The notes beneath the pieces are model-generated. The model was not told where the DNA came from, searched no databases, and saw nothing but the letters and a program-made list of their open reading frames with translations. Made by a program: the position numbers and the translations under genes. From an uncultured bacterium (lineage in GTDB: Bacteria; Patescibacteriota; Minisyncoccia; Minisyncoccales; UBA5738): a stretch of 64,000 nt of DNA. The stretch lies in assembly GCA_903847095.1 (NCBI GenBank), contig CAINCQ010000041.1, positions 72,292-136,291 on the forward strand. Direction: 5' to 3'. Positions 46,299 through 56,568 of this stretch are shown here, piece by piece; position 1 is the first letter of the stretch, and every line of letters starts with the position of its first letter.

Positions 46299-49200
46299 TT
46301 AGACGAACCGGTCGGTAATCTTTTGGGCTTTGAGTTTGGCCCGTTGCAGATCAAGCACTTTCCGGGATTTGTAGACCAGGTAGTTCCGTTTCTTTTGGTC
46401 CAGCCACTCTTCGAACTTGATGAGCTTGGCTTTGAACGCCCAGATCAGGAACAGAGCCACGCCGGCCGGGATCACGAACGAATCAATGAAGGGATTGTTG
46501 GTGAAACCGGTAGATACGGTCGTCGCGCCTTGAACCATGGTCTTGGAAACCGATACGGTTGCCGTGTCGGAGTCCGAGCACGAATTCGTATCGCAGGTGG
46601 CTTTCGCCGTGTTGGTAAGGACAGTCTGTCCGAAGTTGAAATTATCCTTTGAGGCCACATAGGCATTAAAGGTAATCGTCTTGGAATCACCGCTGTCGAT
46701 ATTGCCCAGGTCGATACCCGAGACTAAGTTGTCGGAAATCCTGGTGCCGTCAACGGCAATGCCTTGGGCATTGGAGATGCCATTGGGGAGAATATCTGTC
46801 AAGACTACGTTTTTCAAATTCCCACCCGAGGCTTCAACCTTGATCTTAAAGGAAACCACGTCGCCCGGAGCGGCCGCGACCGAATCGGAGTAAGCGGTAC
46901 CGTTCGAAAGGTTGCTCACCAGCTTATCGATCGAGACATTGCCCTTTTGGGTTGAGCCGCAGCTTTCCACGCTGATCGTAGTGTTATCCTTGACATTGAT
47001 CTCGCCATTGTCGCTTACCACCTTAACGTAAGGTTTGTAGGTGCCGCTCTTGGAATAATCGCAGAGATCCTTGGCGGTATAGGTCTCGGTGCTGACGGTG
47101 ACCGTTTTGTCCCAATCGCCATCGCCATCGCAGGAGAAATAGTAAGTGTATTCGTCGCTATCGTGTCCCCGAGTGCTGAGTTCGGCGTACAGGTCGACGC
47201 CGTTCAACGGCGCGCAACCGTTATCGGGTTTCCCGCTCAGCGAAACCGAAGGCGTGTTGGATCCCCCGCCGCCTCCGCATCTTATCGCGGAAACGATGGC
47301 CGTCGCCGTGTCGGTGAGGCCGAGAGCCGTTGTTTTGACCGCGGCCGTGTAATCACTGGTGGCCGTGTAATCGCAAAGATCGGCAGCCGTGTATTTGCGG
47401 GCGGTGGTCGTTATTGTTTTTTCGTAAGTACCGTCGTTGGTACAATCAAAGTAATAAGTGATCTCGTCGCTCGCGTTCCCGCCCGTTAAGGTAGCTTCGG
47501 CGGTCAGGCTATCCTTTTTAATAGGCGCGCATCCGGTCTTGGTACTGGTCGTTAAAGTCGCGTCCAGCCCGATATCGGCCTTGTTCTTGACCAAGACATT
47601 CATGGTGTCGGTGCCGGATCCGCAGCTATTGGTAACCTTTAGCGTGCAGACGTAATAAGTATCCTGAGTGACCGTAGAGGCCTTGAACGTGGCATTGGCA
47701 CTGGAAGCGTTCTCGACGCTTCCGCCATTGCAAGTCCAGGCATAGGTCAAGTCCGATCCCGTGGCTGATCCGCTAAGGGTCGTTGATCCGGATTCGTAGA
47801 TTTCCAAATCTTGCCCGGCATTGGCCGTGGGCAGATTGCCCGAAACCGTGACCGTCACGCTATCGGTTGCCGATCCGTCTTCGCCGGTACAATTTAAAGT
47901 ATAGGTTTTAGGAGCATCGATCGTTCCCAGGGCCTCCGAGCCGCTCACCGCCTTGACCCCCGACCAGGCGCCTGATGCCGTGCAGGAGGTCGCGTTGGTG
48001 CTAGTCCAGGTAAGAGTGAAACCGGCTTGGCAAACGACAGATGAAGGACCGGTAAGGTCAACAGTCACCGGCTTAGCGGTATGTTCGCAGACTCCGTCGC
48101 CTTGGCAAACCGATCCGGCAGCGCAATTTTGATTTCCGCCCCATTCCAGGCATTCGTCGAGGTCGTAGTTGCCGCAGGTCTGAACCTGACCACTGGAACA
48201 GCGCTTGGCTCCGGCGGTCGAGCATTCGTTGGTACATTTGGTGACGCATTGTGCGCCATCGCATTTTTTATTTGTTAGAGCGCAATTATCCTGGTTTACC
48301 CATTCCCTGGTTTCGGTGCATTGCTGGTAAGAGCATCCCCGATTGATCCTTTCCCTTTGGGTCCAGTCGGCGGAACAGCGGTAATTTTCGGTCCAAAGGC
48401 TTACGCCGCAGTCTTGGTAAAGCTCTTGTTTGTTGTTGCAGGAATCGTACCAATACAGGTTGTTACCATCGCATTGTTTCTTCGTGTGGCTGGTGCAACC
48501 GCATTGGCCGTTTGAGCAGGTCTGGCCGGACGCGCACATCACGGTTCCGCCCCAATCGAGGCAGGAATCGCTGTCAAAATGTCCGCAACCTTCCACTCCG
48601 CCACCACTGGCGCAACGTTTGTCGCCTAAAGAGCATTCGTCGGTGCAGGTCGATATGCACTGTCCGCTGCCGGAGCAAACTTGTCCGGACGGGCAATCGG
48701 CCGCGCAGCCCCACTCGGTGCAGGTGTCGGTGTCGTAGTTACCGCAGGTTTCCACCTTGCCGTTAGCGCAGCGCTTGGCGCCGGAGGTGCATTCGTTATT
48801 ACAAGATGCGACGCATTCCCCGGATTCACATTTTTTACCGGCGCCGCACTCGACCGCTATCCATTGAAAACAAGATTTTCCGTTCAATCCGCAATATTTA
48901 TAAGCCGTGCCGGAAGCGCAGGCTTTCTGGCCAACGGTGCATTCGTTTTGGCATTCGGGCTGACAAGTGCCGAAAGTCGAAGATTTTATCCAATTATCGC
49001 AGACATATCCCCCGGAGCATTTTTTAGGATAACTCCAGGTGTAGCATCCGTTGGAACCTTTAACGCAATCGTTGTAATACACGTCGTCAGCGCATTTGGT
49101 CGTGCCGGGCGTGCAGATGCTGGTGCAGGGTGGTACTATTTTCCGGCAGTAAGTACTGCCGCCTGTTCCGACACATTCATTGCCGGCACCGCAGTCGTCA

Positions 49201-49334
49201 TCAAAACAGCAGGTTCCGCAAGCGGAAACGCCACTGGCGTAAAAAACGCCAACGGCAACTGCGAATATAGACAACGCGATTACCGCTGCCTTTAAAAAAT
49301 AACCGGTTAAACAAGTAATTGATTTGGACATCAT
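46299..49334 (-). CDS. Cys-rich surface protein with Ig/PKD-like and DUF11-like domains and a VSTG-TM C-terminus
   Basis: Signal peptide from ATG 49334, 8-Cys repeats, LTWTSTNA..C.ASG.WSG, GCAP..DL repeats, IDKLVSN...PGD.V.F.I.V, GATTVSTGFTNNPF plus TM plus basic tail. Confidence 0.85.
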   Translation of the reverse strand: MMSKSITCLTGYFLKAAVIALSIFAVAVGVFYASGVSACGTCCFDDDCGAGNECVGTGGSTYCRKIVPPCTSICTPGTTKCADDVYYNDCVKGSNGCYTWSYPKKCSGGYVCDNWIKSSTFGTCQPECQNECTVGQKACASGTAYKYCGLNGKSCFQWIAVECGAGKKCESGECVASCNNECTSGAKRCANGKVETCGNYDTDTCTEWGCAADCPSGQVCSGSGQCISTCTDECSLGDKRCASGGGVEGCGHFDSDSCLDWGGTVMCASGQTCSNGQCGCTSHTKKQCDGNNLYWYDSCNNKQELYQDCGVSLWTENYRCSADWTQRERINRGCSYQQCTETREWVNQDNCALTNKKCDGAQCVTKCTNECSTAGAKRCSSGQVQTCGNYDLDECLEWGGNQNCAAGSVCQGDGVCEHTAKPVTVDLTGPSSVVCQAGFTLTWTSTNATSCTASGAWSGVKAVSGSEALGTIDAPKTYTLNCTGEDGSATDSVTVTVSGNLPTANAGQDLEIYESGSTTLSGSATGSDLTYAWTCNGGSVENASSANATFKASTVTQDTYYVCTLKVTNSCGSGTDTMNVLVKNKADIGLDATLTTSTKTGCAPIKKDSLTAEATLTGGNASDEITYYFDCTNDGTYEKTITTTARKYTAADLCDYTATSDYTAAVKTTALGLTDTATAIVSAIRCGGGGGSNTPSVSLSGKPDNGCAPLNGVDLYAELSTRGHDSDEYTYYFSCDGDGDWDKTVTVSTETYTAKDLCDYSKSGTYKPYVKVVSDNGEINVKDNTTISVESCGSTQKGNVSIDKLVSNLSNGTAYSDSVAAAPGDVVSFKIKVEASGGNLKNVVLTDILPNGISNAQGIAVDGTRISDNLVSGIDLGNIDSGDSKTITFNAYVASKDNFNFGQTVLTNTAKATCDTNSCSDSDTATVSVSKTMVQGATTVSTGFTNNPFIDSFVIPAGVALFLIWAFKAKLIKFEEWLDQKKRNYLVYKSRKVLDLQRAKLKAQKITDRFV

Positions 49335-49577
49335 GATATTTTCCGAAGCGATCTTTTCGGGATAACTTCGGCATTTTTTATTATTGTTGCGAACCACGGG
49401 TTTGCCTGTGGACAAAAAGAGTCGCCGGAGGCTAATTACTCTTTTGGAATAAAAAACCGCCGTCTTCCTTACCGCTTTGTCGGAAGGAAGGAAACCCCTG
49501 GTCTCCTGTTTCAATGAAACAGAGAAGGACTTAGGTGCTCCGCCCCGCATAATACGGGATATTATATTACTATCTAT

Positions 49578-49605
49578 ATTATACATTATTTATTTAAAAT
49601 GTCAA
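49578..49605 (-). promoter_or_regulatory. Sigma70 promoter
   Basis: TTGACA-16-TATAAT (TG-extended); it overlaps the ORF-track ATG at 49586. Confidence 0.75.
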
Positions 49606-49658
49606 GTATGTTTATGTAATCACCTTAAGCTCCGACCGGCAATTCTGAGAAAACGATG

Positions 49659-52600
49659 TCAGTCTATGAAACGGTCTGTTATGCGTTTTACCTTTAATTG
49701 GGCTATTTTGGCCCCAAGCTTTTTTTGCGATTGGAATTTAGTGAATGCAATGCGTCTTAAATCAAGCCAAGCCTCAATAGCTAAAATTTTGGCTTTTAGC
49801 GTCCAAATTAGGAGAAGCGATAGGCTTAGAGGGATCACAAAGGAATCGACAAACGGATTATCGGTAAAGCCGGTTGAGACCGTGGTAATACCTTCGATTT
49901 CCGCCCTTTGGACAACCACATCGGCCGTATCGGAATCGCTGGTACCTTTGCCGCGCGCGGTTGCGGTGTTGGTGATAGTCGTTTGTCCGTAGTTGAACTC
50001 CGACGCTTTGGCCACGGTAGCGGTAAACGAAACGGTTACCGTATCCCCGTTATTAAGATCGTCCAGTGTCAAACCATTCGCCAGATCATTGTTTACCGTC
50101 CGTCCGTCGATTCTGATATCGCGGGGATTGGAGATACCTCTAGGTAAAATATCAGTGATTTTTAATTCTCGTACATTATCCGACACGGCTTCGATCACGA
50201 TTTTGAAATTGACGAAATCGCCGGGTAAGGCGTTCACCGAATCAAAGTATCCGGCCCCGCGGGAAAGATTGCTTACGGTTTTATCAACCTTAATTCTTCC
50301 GTTCACTCCGGCGCAATCATCGGTATTTATTACCAGAGAGTCCTCATCCGACCGGCCGCTATTTTCAACTTTGACCCTGGCGGTATAATTATCAGCGCTA
50401 TCGTAGTCGCACAATCCGCGAGCCGTGTAGGTCGTGGCCGTAGTGGTGATGGTTTTGTCCCATGTTCCGTCATCCTCGCAGTCAAAATAATAGGTATACT
50501 CGTCATCGCTCTGGTTGTCGTAGCCGGTTATATGAGCCGTAAGATCGACGTTGCTCAAAGGCGCGCACCCGTTATCGGGGCGGGCCGTGAGGTCGACATT
50601 AAATTCGGTGCTCGCGCAACTTTTTACCTTCACATCGACGGTATCACTGGCTTCGTTGCCGTTGATCTCGACCGTAACTTTGGCGGTATGGGTTGCCGCC
50701 GTTTTGTAATCGCAAAGGTCTTTGGCAGTATAAGTATCATTGCTTGTGGTAATGGTTTTATCCCAGTTCCCATCGTTATCACAATCGAATCGATAAGTGA
50801 ATTCGTCGGAATTATTACCGGCGCTATCGTAATTAGCGATCGTGGCGATCAGATCTACATTGTTCAAGGGCTTACAACCGCCGGTAGGCTCGGTTTTGAG
50901 CCGGACCGTGAATTCTTGACCGCAATCATTCGCTCCGATCATCACACTGTCGGTTGCTTCCTTGCCGGATTCGGATCCTTCAACCTTCACTTTAGCGCGA
51001 TAATCGTTGGCGGTTTGATAATCACACAAATCGCGAGCCGTGTAGGTCGTGGCCGCAGTAGTGATGGTTTTGTCCCAATTTCCATCGCCTTCGCAAGAGA
51101 AGTAGTAGGTATATTCACTGTCTTGGTCTCCTTGGATGTCGGAAACCTTGGCCGTGAGATCCACATTATTCAAGGGCGCGCAGCCATTGTCGGGGCTCAC
51201 GCTTAGATTCACCGAAAATTGGCCGGTTACTATATTTTTTACAGCTATATTGACCGTGTCGCTATCGATTTTACCGCAATTGTTGGTTACTTTAAGGGTA
51301 CAGGTATAAACCGTGTCGCGTGATATTTCGGCTGCGAAGAAAGTTGGCCGGGCGGTATCGGCGTTATCAAGGGTTCCGCCGTTACAGGTCCAGGTGTAAG
51401 TTAAATCATTGTCATCAGAACCGGAAGTCGAGTTGGAACCATCCAACTGGATATCCTCACTTTCATCGATCTTTAAATCATCTCCGGCATCGGCGTTTGG
51501 GTTGACGGTTTTTACGCTGATAGCAATGTTGTCGGATGTTGATCCGCCTAAACCAGTGCATTTAAGAGTGAAAGTTTTATTGGCTGTAATATTGTCGATC
51601 GTTTCCGATCCGGATGTTTCCTTGGCCCCCGACCATCCGCCGGAAGCAGCGCAAGTTTGGGCATTAGTCGAGGTCCAGGTCAAGGTAGCCGATCCTTGGC
51701 AAGAAACGGAACCGGGACCAGCAAGATCGACTGTCGGTTTATCGGTTCCGCAATCTTTCGAGCAGCTGGTTTTCGTTTCTCCGCAGTCGGAATTGCATTT
51801 TCCGTCTCCACAAAAGTAGCACTGGCCGTTGCACTTATCGTAACCGCTCCACCCGGCGCATGAGTTAGAACCATAGTTTCCGCAGGTACGGCCGGAAGTA
51901 CCAGAGCACTGGTGGTCTCCCAAAGTACACTGGTCGCTGCAGCCCTTAACACAGCCACCATCCTGGCAAGCGTAACCAGTTGAGCAATTTTTAACCGCGG
52001 ACCATTCGTAGCAAGAATCAAGATCATATTTTCCGCAAGTCCTGTATCCGGAATCGCCGGAGCATTCCTTTTCGCCGGGCGAACATTCATCGGAACAAGA
52101 ATTTACGCAGCTGCCATTCTGGCAACCATAGCCAAAGCTACAGTCTTTTGACACACCCCAAACGGAACAACCCTGCGAGTTCTTGGCGCAGATTTGATAA
52201 GCGGAATCTCCGGAGCATTGTTTCTGGCCCAACGAACATTCGTCGGAACAGGATCTTACGCAAACCCCGTCTTGGCAAACATAACTATTGGTACAGTTTT
52301 TTACCGTACCCCATTCCAAACATTTATCGGAATCGTAGTTTCCGCAAATACGATAGCCCGCATCGCCGGAACATTCTTTGGCACCGCTGATACATTCGTC
52401 GGAGCAGGAAGAAACGCAGCTGCCATTCTGGCAGGCGTAACCATTGTTGCAATCAGTGGTAGAACCCCAAACATAACAACCGCTGGAACCTTTCACGCAA
52501 GTTTGGTAGCCGCCGGTTCCCGAACATTGCTTGGATCCGGAAGTACATTCATCGGAGCATGACCTGACACAACTGCCATTCTGGCACGCGTAGCCGGTGG

Positions 52601-55127
52601 AACAGTTTGAGGTCGAACCCCAGACATAGCAACCGCTGGAGTCTTTCACGCAAGTTTGGTAGCCGTTAGTTCCTGAGCATTGTTTGGATCCGGACGTACA
52701 GACATCGGAGCATGACTTGATACACAATCCATTTTGGCAAGCATAGCCGGAAGAACAGTTAGCGGCTGAACCCCAAACATAACAACCTGACGAGTTTTTT
52801 TGACAAGTCTGATATGCGGAATCACCGGAGCATTGTTTCTGGCCCGACAAACATTCGTCGGAACAAGATCGGACACAATTGCCGCCTTGGCATACATAAC
52901 CAGTAGAACAGTTTTTGGGCGTACCCCATTCAGTGCACTTGTCGCTATCATAGTTGCCACAGATACGGTAGCCCGTATCACCGGAGCATTCTTTTTCCCC
53001 GTTCGTACACTCGTCGGAGCAGGAAGACACACAGCTTCCATTCTGGCAGGCGTAACCATTGTTGCAATTATTAATTGAACTCCAAACGTAGCAACCGGAG
53101 CTTGCTTTAGTACAGGTTTGGTAACCATTGGTTCCCGAGCATTGTTTGGATCCGGACGTACAGACATCGGAGCACGATCTGATACAGGAACCATCTTGGC
53201 ATATATAATCAGTCGAACAATTAGTTGCATTACTCCATTGATAGCAACCGTTCGATGCTTTAACACAAACCTGGTAGCCATTGGTCCCCGAACATTGTCT
53301 GGACCCGGAAGAGCATTGATCCGAACATGACCTAACACAGCTGCCATTTTGGCAAGCGTAGCCGGTGGAACAGGAATTGGCCGAGCCCCAGGCAAAACAG
53401 CCACTGGAACTTTTAACACAGGTTTGATAAGCACCTGTTCCCGAGCATTGTTTGGATCCGGAGGTACAGACATCGGAGCATGATCTGACGCAGCTACCAT
53501 TCTGACACGCGTAGCCGGTTGAACAGTTTGAGATAGAACCCCAGACATAGCAACCCGAACTTCCCTTGACGCAAGTTTGATATGCGTTCGTTCCCGAACA
53601 TTGTTTGGATCCGGAAGTACAGACATCGGAGCATGACCTGACACAGCTGCCATTCTGACACGCGTAGCCGGTGGAACAGTTTGAGGTAGAACCCCAGGCA
53701 AAACAACCCGAACTTCCTTTGACACAAGTTTGATAAGCGTTCGTTCCCGAGCATTGCTTTGAGCCAGAAGTGCATATGTCGGAACATGACCTGACACAAC
53801 TGCCATTTTGGCACGCGTAGCCGGTGGAACAGTTTGAAACCGATCCCCAAGCAAAACAGCCCATTGAGTTTTTAACGCAAATTTGATATCCGGCAGTTCC
53901 CGCGCATTGTTTTGACCCAGAACTACAAACATCCGAACAAGATTTAATACACGAGCCGTTTTGGCATTTGTAGCCGGCGGAGCATGAATTTGCCGATCCC
54001 CAAACATAACAACCACCGGAGCCTTTCACGCAAGTTTGATAGGCAGTGGTGGCGGAACATTGCCTGGACCCGGATGTACATATGTCGGAACAGCTCCGTA
54101 CGCAGCTTCCGTTTTGACAAGCGTAGCCGGTGGAACAACTAGAAGTGGAACCCCAAGCATAACACCCATTCGAACCTTTCACGCAGGATTGGTAAGCGTT
54201 GGTACTTGAACATTTCTTCGATCCCGACGTACAAACGTCCGAACATGACTTGACACAGCTGCCATTTTGGCAAGCGTAGCCCGATGAACAGGAGTTGGCC
54301 GAACCCCAGACATAGCAACCGCTGGAGCCTTTCACGCAGGTTTGATAAGCAGTATTACTGGAACATTTCTTGGAACCCGAAGAACACGTATCCGAGCAGG
54401 ACTTAACGCATGAGCCGTTCTGGCATTTGTAGTTGGTGGAACAGTTTGAGGTAGAACCCCAGACATAACAACCACTGGAGCCTTTTACACAAGTTTGGTA
54501 ACCGCTGGTTCCCGAGCATCTTTTGGAACCCGAAGAACACGTATCCGAGCAGGACTTAACGCATGAGCCGTTCTGGCATTTGTAGTTGGTGGAACAAGAG
54601 TTGGTCGATCCCCAGACGTAGCATCCGGACGAGCCTTTCACGCAGGTTTGATATGCGTTTGACGATGAGCATCTTTTGGACCCGGAAGAACATTGATCCG
54701 AACATGACCTAGCACAAGAGCCGTTTTGGCAAGCGTAGCCCGATGAACAAGAGTTGGCCGAACCCCAGACATAGCAACCGCTGGAGCCTTTCACGCAGGT
54801 TTGATAACCGCTTGCTCCTGAACATCTCCGGGCCCCGGAAGAACATTGATCGGAGCATGACCTAACACAAGAGCCGTTTTGGCAAGCGTAGCCGCTAGAA
54901 CAGGCTATGACCGATGACCATTCGTAGCAATAATCGGAATCGTAATTGCCGCAGACTTGATATCCATTACCCGAACAACGTCTTTGGCCGCTGGAACAGG
55001 TATCGGAACAAGACGTTACGGCGCTAACTGTCGATGGTTTTATTAAAACAAAATAAGCCGCCATAACCGCGATCAAAAATATAAATATAATAAAAAATTT
55101 CTTAAAACGCAATGTTTTAATTCGCAT
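49659..55127 (-). CDS. Giant (1822 aa) Cys-rich repeat surface protein, paralog of 46299-49334
   Basis: Signal/TM, about 21 repeats of 51-52 aa, Ig/PKD-like domains, DUF11-like domain, GITTVSTGFTDNPF plus TM plus basic tail. Confidence 0.92.
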   Translation of the reverse strand: MRIKTLRFKKFFIIFIFLIAVMAAYFVLIKPSTVSAVTSCSDTCSSGQRRCSGNGYQVCGNYDSDYCYEWSSVIACSSGYACQNGSCVRSCSDQCSSGARRCSGASGYQTCVKGSSGCYVWGSANSCSSGYACQNGSCARSCSDQCSSGSKRCSSSNAYQTCVKGSSGCYVWGSTNSCSTNYKCQNGSCVKSCSDTCSSGSKRCSGTSGYQTCVKGSSGCYVWGSTSNCSTNYKCQNGSCVKSCSDTCSSGSKKCSSNTAYQTCVKGSSGCYVWGSANSCSSGYACQNGSCVKSCSDVCTSGSKKCSSTNAYQSCVKGSNGCYAWGSTSSCSTGYACQNGSCVRSCSDICTSGSRQCSATTAYQTCVKGSGGCYVWGSANSCSAGYKCQNGSCIKSCSDVCSSGSKQCAGTAGYQICVKNSMGCFAWGSVSNCSTGYACQNGSCVRSCSDICTSGSKQCSGTNAYQTCVKGSSGCFAWGSTSNCSTGYACQNGSCVRSCSDVCTSGSKQCSGTNAYQTCVKGSSGCYVWGSISNCSTGYACQNGSCVRSCSDVCTSGSKQCSGTGAYQTCVKSSSGCFAWGSANSCSTGYACQNGSCVRSCSDQCSSGSRQCSGTNGYQVCVKASNGCYQWSNATNCSTDYICQDGSCIRSCSDVCTSGSKQCSGTNGYQTCTKASSGCYVWSSINNCNNGYACQNGSCVSSCSDECTNGEKECSGDTGYRICGNYDSDKCTEWGTPKNCSTGYVCQGGNCVRSCSDECLSGQKQCSGDSAYQTCQKNSSGCYVWGSAANCSSGYACQNGLCIKSCSDVCTSGSKQCSGTNGYQTCVKDSSGCYVWGSTSNCSTGYACQNGSCVRSCSDECTSGSKQCSGTGGYQTCVKGSSGCYVWGSTTDCNNGYACQNGSCVSSCSDECISGAKECSGDAGYRICGNYDSDKCLEWGTVKNCTNSYVCQDGVCVRSCSDECSLGQKQCSGDSAYQICAKNSQGCSVWGVSKDCSFGYGCQNGSCVNSCSDECSPGEKECSGDSGYRTCGKYDLDSCYEWSAVKNCSTGYACQDGGCVKGCSDQCTLGDHQCSGTSGRTCGNYGSNSCAGWSGYDKCNGQCYFCGDGKCNSDCGETKTSCSKDCGTDKPTVDLAGPGSVSCQGSATLTWTSTNAQTCAASGGWSGAKETSGSETIDNITANKTFTLKCTGLGGSTSDNIAISVKTVNPNADAGDDLKIDESEDIQLDGSNSTSGSDDNDLTYTWTCNGGTLDNADTARPTFFAAEISRDTVYTCTLKVTNNCGKIDSDTVNIAVKNIVTGQFSVNLSVSPDNGCAPLNNVDLTAKVSDIQGDQDSEYTYYFSCEGDGNWDKTITTAATTYTARDLCDYQTANDYRAKVKVEGSESGKEATDSVMIGANDCGQEFTVRLKTEPTGGCKPLNNVDLIATIANYDSAGNNSDEFTYRFDCDNDGNWDKTITTSNDTYTAKDLCDYKTAATHTAKVTVEINGNEASDTVDVKVKSCASTEFNVDLTARPDNGCAPLSNVDLTAHITGYDNQSDDEYTYYFDCEDDGTWDKTITTTATTYTARGLCDYDSADNYTARVKVENSGRSDEDSLVINTDDCAGVNGRIKVDKTVSNLSRGAGYFDSVNALPGDFVNFKIVIEAVSDNVRELKITDILPRGISNPRDIRIDGRTVNNDLANGLTLDDLNNGDTVTVSFTATVAKASEFNYGQTTITNTATARGKGTSDSDTADVVVQRAEIEGITTVSTGFTDNPFVDSFVIPLSLSLLLIWTLKAKILAIEAWLDLRRIAFTKFQSQKKLGAKIAQLKVKRITDRFID
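51750..55013 (-). repeat. Intragenic tandem repeat, about 21 x 153-156 bp
   Basis: Unit SCSDxCxSGxKxCSGxxxYQTCVKxSSGCYxWGSxxxCSxGYACQNGSCVx. Confidence 0.95.
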
Positions 55128-55293
55128 AAGTGAAAATATGTCTAATTGCTATTGTTATAAATTATAATTAGTAAATTGTCAAGTAGGACTGGTCTTTATT
55201 TTTTTGTTCTTCATGCCGGATTTTAGCTTAATGGTAAGTTTGGCCGACGTCAATTATTTTTTGGATAAAAAAAAGATGCTGTTGTCCAGCATC

Positions 55294-55956
55294 TTAACTG
55301 TCGGATACTTCTACTTGGAAGATCGAGTCGTCGGCTCCGCCTTCCTCAAAAACTACTTCGTATTCGCCAGTTTCCGCATTTTGTCCAAAATGGAATCTGG
55401 CGATCGTGGTGGTCCATTTGGCGTCTTCGCCGGTCTTGGCCTTACCATGATCTATCAGTAATCTGACGGCGAGGAACGAATCATAGTCGGTACCGGGGTT
55501 TGAAGGGGCGCTAAGATAGGCGAAATTATAAGCGTCCGATGCCGATATCGCTTTGCCGACCGGTCCGATCCAGCCCATTCTATGCATCCACGCCATTACC
55601 TCATTGGCTATGGTCGAGGGGGCGGAAAGCCCGTATGTGACATCATCGTTCCAATTCTTCGTCATGAACTGGTTCAACTGCTCTTCCGTATAGGCCGATC
55701 CCCCGTCTTGACGGAAGGTAAAGGTAGCCATGGCCGCCGGAAAGATCGCTCTCGTTGCCGCAGCCGACATTGAGTCGTTGAGCACAAAAGGTGCTCCCCC
55801 AACTTCGGTTGTCGCTTTGTTCAAGGTCGGTTCTATGACCCCCATAGACACTACTCTTGGGTGGGCCCGTTCGACTGCTATTACTGTGCCAAACAAGCAA
55901 CTGCCGATCAGTAAGGTAATCAGCAGACCAATTATCAATTTACTCATTCTATTCAC
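55294..55956 (-). CDS. Secreted hypothetical protein
   Basis: N-terminal signal/TM, GGGAG Shine-Dalgarno, own promoter. Confidence 0.65.
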   Translation of the reverse strand: MNRMSKLIIGLLITLLIGSCLFGTVIAVERAHPRVVSMGVIEPTLNKATTEVGGAPFVLNDSMSAAATRAIFPAAMATFTFRQDGGSAYTEEQLNQFMTKNWNDDVTYGLSAPSTIANEVMAWMHRMGWIGPVGKAISASDAYNFAYLSAPSNPGTDYDSFLAVRLLIDHGKAKTGEDAKWTTTIARFHFGQNAETGEYEVVFEEGGADDSIFQVEVSDS

Positions 55957-56082
55957 GCTCCCAAACTATTTTGTACTGCGCTTATTATGTATTGATTATT
56001 ATTTTTTGTCAAGGGACAAATATCTTTACTCGGTATGGCAATCCTAGGTCCATAAAAAAATAAATGAGTGTCATTAAGACGC

Positions 56083-56568
56083 TCATGGTTTCGCCTCCTT
56101 TTTGGAGACATTTTTTTGGACCTCAATTAATTTGATTGCCCGTGTTTTTTTTGTTTGCACGGTTTCGTTGCCAAAGATCATTGTTACGCCTTGACCAGAG
56201 ATGACCTTGGTCTTTGGTGCGTTGACTGAAGTATTCTCATTGTTCACGATCAAATCCGTTTCCACAGTCCTTATCGTGGTGAGATTCTCCTTCTGACCGG
56301 CCACCTTCACCTTGCTTGGACCACCCAGGGATTCAATGGCCTGGCTAGTGCCGTTGGGCGTAGCCACCGTTCCAGAAGCAATTTTATCCGGGGAGGAAGG
56401 GTTAGGAATCGGCTGGATCACCGTAACTCCGCCAAACAGTAATGAACCCAGAATGAGTCCGATTACGATCAGGGCTAGAGCCAGCACTGCTAATGCCAGC
56501 CAACCTTTTTTGCTCATGCCCTTATCTTTCGCTACTTCTTCTCCCCCATCTTTGTCCGTATCCGTCAT
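56083..56568 (-). CDS. Single-TM hypothetical protein
   Basis: TM at about aa 23-47, N-X-S/T-rich ectodomain. Confidence 0.65.
   Translation of the reverse strand: MTDTDKDGGEEVAKDKGMSKKGWLALAVLALALIVIGLILGSLLFGGVTVIQPIPNPSSPDKIASGTVATPNGTSQAIESLGGPSKVKVAGQKENLTTIRTVETDLIVNNENTSVNAPKTKVISGQGVTMIFGNETVQTKKTRAIKLIEVQKNVSKKEAKP

Noticed and set aside
52646..54016. 456-aa alternative-frame ORF inside the giant repeat gene
   Set aside because: A shadow frame kept open by the repeat structure, with no independent expression signals.
51750..55013. Long regular repeat array considered as a CRISPR array
   Set aside because: Units are 153-156 bp, in frame, vary at synonymous positions and have no unique spacers; no cas genes are present.
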